From Candidatus Limnocylindrales bacterium (GTDB taxonomy: Bacteria; Moduliflexota; Moduliflexia; Moduliflexales; JAUQPW01): DNA of 64,000 nucleotides. Within the stretch, counting starts at the first letter, position 1. Each line of letters starts with the position of its first letter. The stretch lies in assembly GCA_035559535.1 (NCBI GenBank), contig DATMBG010000025.1:1-64000 (forward strand), in the 5' to 3' direction. Below, one piece after another: positions 58,017 to 64,000 of this stretch. Position numbers and translations under genes: made by a program. A model generated the notes under the pieces. The model was not told the DNA's origin. It made no database searches and was given only the letters and a program-made list of their open reading frames with translations.

Positions 58017-59408
58017 ATGAAGCAAACTAAAACGAACTATTCCCTCTATGCCTGGCTATTAACTTATTTTATCCTGGTAGGATCGATCCTGAATAATACA
58101 GTTCCCTATGAAACCGACGAATCCTTTTATATCACCTCTTCCATAAACATGGTAAAAAACCATAACTATCTCCTTCCCACCTATTTTGGAGATGTAAGAT
58201 TTCAAAAGCCTATTTTACCCTATTGGATCGTTGTGTTAAGTTATAAATTATTCGGTATTCATCTCTGGAGTTCTCGAATTTTATTTTTAGTCATTGCATG
58301 TTTAACCCTTTTTACTCTTTATAAATTCGCACTGTTGATAATCCCCCATCAAGAATTTGCAATCCTGACCATCCTTCTGTTGTCCTCCTCATCGATTTTT
58401 ATCGAATATTCTCGACTGGCCATGACCGATTTGGTTTTAACTTTTTTTACTACCTTAAGCCTGTATTACTTTTATAAAACCCTGGTCCAGCCTAAGGGGT
58501 TAAAAATAAATTATTTCCTTGGATACATGGCCATGGGCCTGGCTTTTTTATCCAAAGGTTTTGTGGGGATTTTTCCCCTCTTCGCCATGCTTTTCTATTT
58601 AATTTACTTGAAACCGGAGAATTATAAAAAATATCTCATTTATTTGATTCACCCGATTAACCTGTTAGCCTTCATGCTCATTGCCTTTCCCTGGTATCTG
58701 TATGCTTATACCTATCATTACCAGGAGTTATTCGAGCAAATCAAAACAGAATCTTCTGCTGTATCTTTACTGTCTAACCTTGAATCCATGATTGAAAATA
58801 TGGCCTATTACTTCCGGGTCATTGTGTACTATTTACCACTTACAGTAGTTGCGGCTTATATATACCTAAAAAAAAGAACGGTATTTCCAAAGGAATTTAC
58901 TTTATTTTTACCCTATATTGGCGCTGTTTTGGTGGTATTTATATTCTTCGTTGAGCGACACAGGGCCAGGTATTTACTGGTTTTATTTCCCCTTTTAGCC
59001 ATCTTATCTGCCTATCTTTTTTATAAGAATGGCCTCGCCAGCACCCTGAAAAAGATTGCAATAGGTCTTTTTTGCCTGCATTTAACCCTCTTTTTACTTT
59101 ATTCTTATTTCTCCGGAGAACCTATTAAAAAACTGGTTCTTTACTGGAAGAATCTTCAACAGGGAGACCTTGCCGTATACGGTCTGGATAGATACACTAC
59201 AAGCTGGGCTCAGGCTTTCTCTGAAGGTCAATTAAAAGAATATGATAGGGAGGTTGAGTATATTATTCTTCTGAAAAAAGATTTGGACGCCTTCAAAAAT
59301 TACGAAATCCTCCAGCAGGCCAAATTATTAAGAAAAATAAAATTTAAAAACTATCAACCCGTTAAAGACGAAAGGGAATACGTTTTGATCAAGCGGATAT
59401 CGGGATAA
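58017..59408 (+). CDS. ArnT/PMT-family GT-C glycosyltransferase
   Basis: TDESFY, RFQKP, SR, LSKG, PWY, ARYLL; AT-rich gene. Confidence 0.88.
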   Translation: MKQTKTNYSLYAWLLTYFILVGSILNNTVPYETDESFYITSSINMVKNHNYLLPTYFGDVRFQKPILPYWIVVLSYKLFGIHLWSSRILFLVIACLTLFTLYKFALLIIPHQEFAILTILLLSSSSIFIEYSRLAMTDLVLTFFTTLSLYYFYKTLVQPKGLKINYFLGYMAMGLAFLSKGFVGIFPLFAMLFYLIYLKPENYKKYLIYLIHPINLLAFMLIAFPWYLYAYTYHYQELFEQIKTESSAVSLLSNLESMIENMAYYFRVIVYYLPLTVVAAYIYLKKRTVFPKEFTLFLPYIGAVLVVFIFFVERHRARYLLVLFPLLAILSAYLFYKNGLASTLKKIAIGLFCLHLTLFLLYSYFSGEPIKKLVLYWKNLQQGDLAVYGLDRYTTSWAQAFSEGQLKEYDREVEYIILLKKDLDAFKNYEILQQAKLLRKIKFKNYQPVKDEREYVLIKRISG

Positions 59409-59527
59409 TCTCCTCACCCTATTGTCCTTTTTGTTGGAGCAAATCCTTAGTTCTTGACAAATCCTTATCAGGCCTTTAAACTTAAAACAAACGGTTAAGT
59501 TAGGATTCAAAATCGAGGACAGAAACG

Positions 59528-60382
59528 ATGAGCGATATAGGAACATCAATCAATCGACAGGCTCTGTTGACCGAGTTGCAACAGGCCTTTGATGAGCGGA
59601 CCGCAGGCGTTCTCCTGAACGTATTGGATAAAGTGGTCACGCAGATCTACCAGGTTGGTGTGCCGCGCGAGGACTTTCGAGAACTGAAGCAGACCGTGGC
59701 CGAGTTAGCCGAGGCCCAGCGGCGGACCGAGGAGCGGGTGGCCGAGCTGGTTGAGGTCCAGCAGCGGACTGAACAGCAGATAGGCGAGTTAGCAGAAGCC
59801 CAGCAGCGGACCGAGGAGCGGATAGGCAGTCTGGAGCTGGCTGTGGAGCGGCTGACTGAGGCCCAGCAGCGGACCGAGGAGCGGGTGGCCGAGCTGGCTG
59901 AGGCCCAACGGCGCAGTGAGGAGCGCCTGGGTAGATTAGAATCGGCTATTGAGCAACTGGTCCATGCTATCGATGGCCTTCGTAAGCAGGTTGGGGGCCT
60001 GAGTGACATGATGGGTGGGGATATTGAAGATGTTGCGCACGGTGTCGTGTATGCTACATTAAGACGTGAATTTGGCTGGCAGGTAAGCATGCTGGAACGG
60101 GTATGGAAAACCTGGGACGATGAGCCAGAAGAAGTGGATATCTTCGGAACGGCTATGGATCCAACAAAACCGGAAAGAAAGATCTGGATTGTTGGAGAGG
60201 CGAAACGTAATCTGACTCTAAGAGAAGTGGAAAAGTTTAGCGAGCAACTCAAGAGAGCGCGAGAAAATCTACCCGGCGAAATCTTCCCCTTGTGTTTCTG
60301 CTACCGGGCCCGACCCGAAGTGCAGGAAGCTGCACAGAATGCGGGTATCCGATTAATCTTTTCTAATGGAAAGTTGATTTAA
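59528..60382 (+). CDS. coiled-coil repeat protein with C-terminal PD-(D/E)XK-like domain
   Basis: 14-aa repeats ELAEAQ(R/Q)RTEER(V/I); C-terminal EVD..GEAK. Confidence 0.8.
   Translation: MSDIGTSINRQALLTELQQAFDERTAGVLLNVLDKVVTQIYQVGVPREDFRELKQTVAELAEAQRRTEERVAELVEVQQRTEQQIGELAEAQQRTEERIGSLELAVERLTEAQQRTEERVAELAEAQRRSEERLGRLESAIEQLVHAIDGLRKQVGGLSDMMGGDIEDVAHGVVYATLRREFGWQVSMLERVWKTWDDEPEEVDIFGTAMDPTKPERKIWIVGEAKRNLTLREVEKFSEQLKRARENLPGEIFPLCFCYRARPEVQEAAQNAGIRLIFSNGKLI
59699..59929 (+). repeat. intragenic 42-bp tandem repeats (five units plus one 21-bp half unit)
   Basis: gccgagttagccgaggcccagcggcggaccgaggagcgggtg and variants. Confidence 0.8.
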
Positions 60383-60522
60383 GAGGCATCCTGCTGGAAA
60401 AGGAATCCTAACATCTTACGTCGTGCTTGTTTCACTTGCCATTCATCAGCCCTTTTTTGTCATGGAACACAAGCGGGGAGTCGTTTTCAGTGCCAAAATC
60501 CAGAGTTACAGCCACTGAAATA

Positions 60523-60877
60523 CTACAAAACTCCTTCCTCGGTCAAAGACGCTTTGATAGCCTGCACCATCCTTTCGGCAAGTTGAATATCTTCCTTAGC
60601 CTCATCTTCCGTAATACTGAGATCAAATTCATAATCCCCGGTCTGCCTTATTGTATCGATAAAGAAACTCACCGGCTATCTCATCGATACTATTTTTGAC
60701 CTCAGGAGAAACCTCATCCAAAACAACCAAGCAATCATAATCGGAATCCGGAGCATGATCCCCTCGGGCTCTGGAACCGAAAAGAATCACTTGTTTAAGT
60801 CGGTCACCGACTGGCTTTCTGATGTTTTGCACAAAAATAGCTCAGATTTCATCTTTTACTTGATCGTCTTGTGACAT
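60523..60877 (-). pseudogene. decayed MNT-HEPN toxin-antitoxin module
   Basis: MNT MSQDDQVKDEI*AIF..ILFGSRARGD..DSDYD with an in-frame TGA, cut off after GEFLYRYN and joined out of frame to a HEPN C-terminus RQTGDYEFD..EDEAKEDIQLAERMV. Confidence 0.8.
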
Positions 60878-61246
60878 CGAGATGACAGGCCTCATAGAAA
60901 TATGGCTACAAGCCTAAAAGTAAAATGTCAAGTAAGAGTTAGAAATTCTTATGGACTCCTATCCATAAATCTTCTATCCTCTTTAGACATGGAACACAAA
61001 CTAGTCACCAATTTCAGCACCGATGTTCAAAGCTACTTCCATAGTTTTAAATTCCTCTCCAATCAAGATAGTCAAAAAAAATCTCTTGCTTTTAGCAAAG
61101 AAACCGGTTTAATAAGATTTATTCCTATTTTAATTTTTAATAATGATATAAAATGGCTTTTTTATTCTGAAAGTCAAGGTATCGTTGCCTGATAGCTTTG
61201 GTAAGGTGGGATGGAGGCTTCCCTCGAAGCGTAGGAATTTGATAGT

Positions 61247-62989
61247 ATGAAAGTAGACCCGATTACCTTGGCCGTAATTCGCGGCAGTTTGGAGCAAATA
61301 GCCGACGAGATGGATGCTACATTGGAGCATATGGCTTTCTCACCAGTCATCTCCGATGGTTTTGACCGGGCTAGTGGCATTTATCACAAAACCACCGGGG
61401 AGGTTATTACCCAGGGACCTCGGGGACTTCCCAACTTCATCTATGTGATGGAGTTTACCGTCCGTTCCGTCATCGAGCGAATTTCAGATGTAGCTCCGGG
61501 AGATATCTATATCGTGAACGATCCCTATCTGGGAGGAACCCATTTAATGGATGTAAAGATGGTGAAACCCTTCTTTTATAAAGGGAAATTAACCGCCTTC
61601 CTGGCCAATAGCGGCCACTGGCCGGATATTGGGGGACGGGTCCCTGGTGGATTTTGTACCAAAGCCACGGAAATTTATCAGGAAGGGTTACGGCTTCCTC
61701 CCGTGCGGCTCTTTGATAAGGGTAAATTGAACCAGGAGGTCCTGGATATTATCCTGCACAATGTACGGGTCCCCGAGGAGCGGCAGGGAGATATCATTGC
61801 CAAGGTTGCTTCTCTTAACCTGGGTGCCGACCGACTGACCCGGCTTCTGGATCGCTACGGAGAAGAAACGGTTTTTGCAGCCATTGGGGAAATGAAAACC
61901 CGTTCAGAGCAACTGATGCGGCGTTATATTGAGACCATCCCGGATGGAAAGTACGTGTTTGAAGACTATCTGGACAGCGATGGGGTGGATTGGAAACCGC
62001 TAGCCATTCATCTGGAGATGGAGGTGAAGGGGAGTGAAGTCTATCTGGATTTTTCCAAAAGCAGTCCTCCCTGTCGAGGGCCGTTGAACAGTGTCCTGAG
62101 CACAACCATAGCCGGGGTTTATATTGCTTTTAAGCATATCTTTCCTGATGTGCCCATCAATGCCGGATGTTTTCGACCTTTTTCTTTTAACATTCCTCCC
62201 ACGACTTTTCTCAATGCACAACCGCCTCGACCTGTATCCGGGTGCGCCGCTGAGGTCTGTCAGCGAATCATCGATGTCGTATTGGGTGCACTGAGCCAGG
62301 CTATTCCGGAGAGATGTTATGCAGCCCCCATGGGGACGGTCACAAATCTCTCGGTGGGCGGAGAAGATCCGGCCAAGGGATACTTTGTTTTTTACTCTTT
62401 TATCGGAGGGGGATACGGCGGAAATTACCTTACAGATGGATTGATCAACGGTAATCCTACCATTGCCCTGGCTCGAACTCAAGCTTTGGAGATTTTTGAA
62501 GCCCGTTATCCGGTTCTATTTACCCAATATGCCATTCGGGAGGGATCTGGAGGAGCTGGTATGCGTCGGGGAGGACTTGGGGTTATTTTTGAGTTTCAAC
62601 TTAGGCGGGGAACGGCTAGTGCCTCTCTCCTTGGGGACCGGGGGCGCTTTGCTCCTTTCGGAGTCCTTAAAGGAAAACCGGCCAAATCTGCAAAACATAC
62701 TTTCCTGCTTCAGGGAAAAGAATACTTTCCTCCCCATATCAGCAAAGATGAAGGGATACCGATGCAGGCGGGAGACCGGTTAAGATTGGAAACCCCTGGG
62801 GGAGGAGGCTATGGGGATCCGCTGGACCGTCCGCCAGAATTGGTTTTGCAAGATGTTCAGCGTGGATACTACGATCGGGAAATAGCAAAGCAAGAGTACG
62901 GAGTCTTGATCAAAGAAGGAAACCAGGAGGTTGATAGAGAAGGGACTGCAAAGTTACGGGCATCCCTTCGTCCTAAGGAGGAACTATGA
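61247..62989 (+). CDS. hydantoinase B/oxoprolinase subunit B (HyuB-like)
   Basis: DPITL, FSPVI, NDPYLGGTHLMD, HWPDIGG, EIYQEG, GSGGAG.RRGG, TPGGGGYGDP. Confidence 0.95.
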   Translation: MKVDPITLAVIRGSLEQIADEMDATLEHMAFSPVISDGFDRASGIYHKTTGEVITQGPRGLPNFIYVMEFTVRSVIERISDVAPGDIYIVNDPYLGGTHLMDVKMVKPFFYKGKLTAFLANSGHWPDIGGRVPGGFCTKATEIYQEGLRLPPVRLFDKGKLNQEVLDIILHNVRVPEERQGDIIAKVASLNLGADRLTRLLDRYGEETVFAAIGEMKTRSEQLMRRYIETIPDGKYVFEDYLDSDGVDWKPLAIHLEMEVKGSEVYLDFSKSSPPCRGPLNSVLSTTIAGVYIAFKHIFPDVPINAGCFRPFSFNIPPTTFLNAQPPRPVSGCAAEVCQRIIDVVLGALSQAIPERCYAAPMGTVTNLSVGGEDPAKGYFVFYSFIGGGYGGNYLTDGLINGNPTIALARTQALEIFEARYPVLFTQYAIREGSGGAGMRRGGLGVIFEFQLRRGTASASLLGDRGRFAPFGVLKGKPAKSAKHTFLLQGKEYFPPHISKDEGIPMQAGDRLRLETPGGGGYGDPLDRPPELVLQDVQRGYYDREIAKQEYGVLIKEGNQEVDREGTAKLRASLRPKEEL

Positions 62990-64000
62990 TAAAAAAATTT
63001 AACTGGCTGCTGATTATTCTCATGGGTTTGATAAGTTCGTCGTGGTTTGAAAATGGTAAAGCTGAAGAGGTAACCGATGCTCGCCTGCTCGAAGCCTATC
63101 AAGACAAAAAAAATTGGCGCCTCTATGGCCATGACTACTCCAACCAACGCTATAGCCCCCTTGACCAGATCAACGTAGAGAATGTCAAAAACCTGACTCC
63201 TCGATGGATCTTCCAAACAGGAAAGATCGGATCTTTTCAAACCAATCCTTTGGTGGTGGATGGGGTCATGTATGTAACCACCCCTTTTAATCATGTAGTC
63301 GCTTTGGATGCCAGGACGGGCAAACAGATTTGGCGGTATGAGCACAAGCTTCGTACGGAAAAGTTTTGTTGTGGACCGGCCAATCGAGGAGTGGCCGTGG
63401 GTTATGGAAAAGTATACATGGCGACCATCGACGCCCGGTTGATTGCCCTGGATCAAAGGACGGGACAGGTGGTATGGGATAGAGAAATCACGGATCCTGA
63501 AGCCGGAAAACGTGAGACGGTAGAGGCGGTACTGGGAGTTAAAGAATTTCAGGGAGGAACCGTTACCGGGGCTACTGGATATAGCTCCAATATGGCTCCC
63601 ATGATTTATAAGGGAAAGGTTATAGTAGGAACCATGGGGGTCGGCTATGGGTTGCACATGAACCTTAAAGAAGGAGACCAACAACTCCATACGGCGATTG
63701 GAATCTCCGGGGGAGAATATGGCTTGCGAGGTTTTCTGGCCGCTTACGATGCTCAAAGTGGAAAAGAAATCTGGAGATGGTATACCATTCCTGAGAAGGG
63801 TTGGGAAGGGGAATGGCGAACTACAACCCTGGAAGGAGAAGATCTCCATCGGGATATCGAAGCAGAAAAGGTTGCTTTTAAAAAATATTTCCAGACCTGG
63901 AAGGTAGGCGGTGGTTCCGTATGGTCGGCCTCTGCTTTGGATCCTGAGTTGGGCTTCCTTTATGTAGGAACCGGAAATCCTTCTCCTCAAATGGATGATT
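62986..64000 (+). CDS. PQQ-dependent dehydrogenase (alcohol/methanol type), 3' end outside the window
   Basis: Own translation: signal peptide, YGHDYSNQRYSPLDQIN, ALDARTGKQIW, vicinal CCGPANRGVA, GGGSVW, LYVGTGNP; ATGA overlap with the HyuB-like stop. Confidence 0.92.
   Translation, partial: MIKKFNWLLIILMGLISSSWFENGKAEEVTDARLLEAYQDKKNWRLYGHDYSNQRYSPLDQINVENVKNLTPRWIFQTGKIGSFQTNPLVVDGVMYVTTPFNHVVALDARTGKQIWRYEHKLRTEKFCCGPANRGVAVGYGKVYMATIDARLIALDQRTGQVVWDREITDPEAGKRETVEAVLGVKEFQGGTVTGATGYSSNMAPMIYKGKVIVGTMGVGYGLHMNLKEGDQQLHTAIGISGGEYGLRGFLAAYDAQSGKEIWRWYTIPEKGWEGEWRTTTLEGEDLHRDIEAEKVAFKKYFQTWKVGGGSVWSASALDPELGFLYVGTGNPSPQMDD

Noticed and set aside
59699-59929. CRISPR-like or non-coding repeat array
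   Set aside because: The 42-bp units are contiguous, in frame and encode coiled-coil repeats.
59647-60252. 201-aa minus-strand Ser/Arg-rich ORF
   Set aside because: Antisense shadow of the GC-rich repeat gene; the other short ORFs overlapping recognised genes were dismissed for the same reason.
60842-60844. Selenocysteine or recoded TGA in the MNT gene
   Set aside because: The position is not a Cys-type site, no SECIS was recognised, TGA is used as a normal stop elsewhere, and the module is also deleted downstream.
62869-63990. 373-aa minus-strand ORF
   Set aside because: Antisense shadow of the PQQ dehydrogenase, which has clear family motifs on the plus strand.

Overview
Chromosomal segment of a diderm bacterium of moderate GC. 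The argS-SPOR pair, the MXAN_5187-like ORF and the type A RNase P RNA suggest a Deltaproteobacteria/Nitrospinota-like lineage, but the taxon cannot be fixed from this window. Left part (1.5-15.4 kb): a glycan-modification cluster with a Wzx flippase, a Glu/Leu/Phe/Val dehydrogenase homolog, a SAM methyltransferase, two tandem CapK/PaaK-like ligases, two GT2s, a GT-C enzyme and an FAD oxidoreductase. Next come a heparinase II/III-like gene with livHMGF and EamA, rnpB, a DUF5939-type adenylate cyclase, a sigma-70 factor and a hydrolase-kinase-radical SAM trio. At 33.1-34.9 kb is an Aquificae/apicoplast-like family A DNA polymerase with no 5'-3' nuclease. It sits directly upstream of accA, the slot dnaE occupies in many Proteobacteria, and is the most intriguing locus in the window. 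The right part holds rpiB-glk-fumC-pgi, hsp20 with a HAIR-like operator, degP, uvrC, argS, a Kef-type antiporter and msrB. It also holds a hydantoinase/oxoprolinase A/B pair split by a 3.3-kb insert (GT-C gene, coiled-coil PD-(D/E)XK protein, decayed MNT-HEPN module), and a truncated PQQ dehydrogenase. Intergenic DNA is crowded with small non-autonomous elements: several MITE-like TIR families (one with a perfect 9-bp TSD), nested REP-like palindromes and STRR-like tandem repeats. One palindrome type also appears in P12 of the RNase P RNA. No transposase, CRISPR array, tRNA or rRNA was seen. All family calls come from motif recognition by eye, not database searches.
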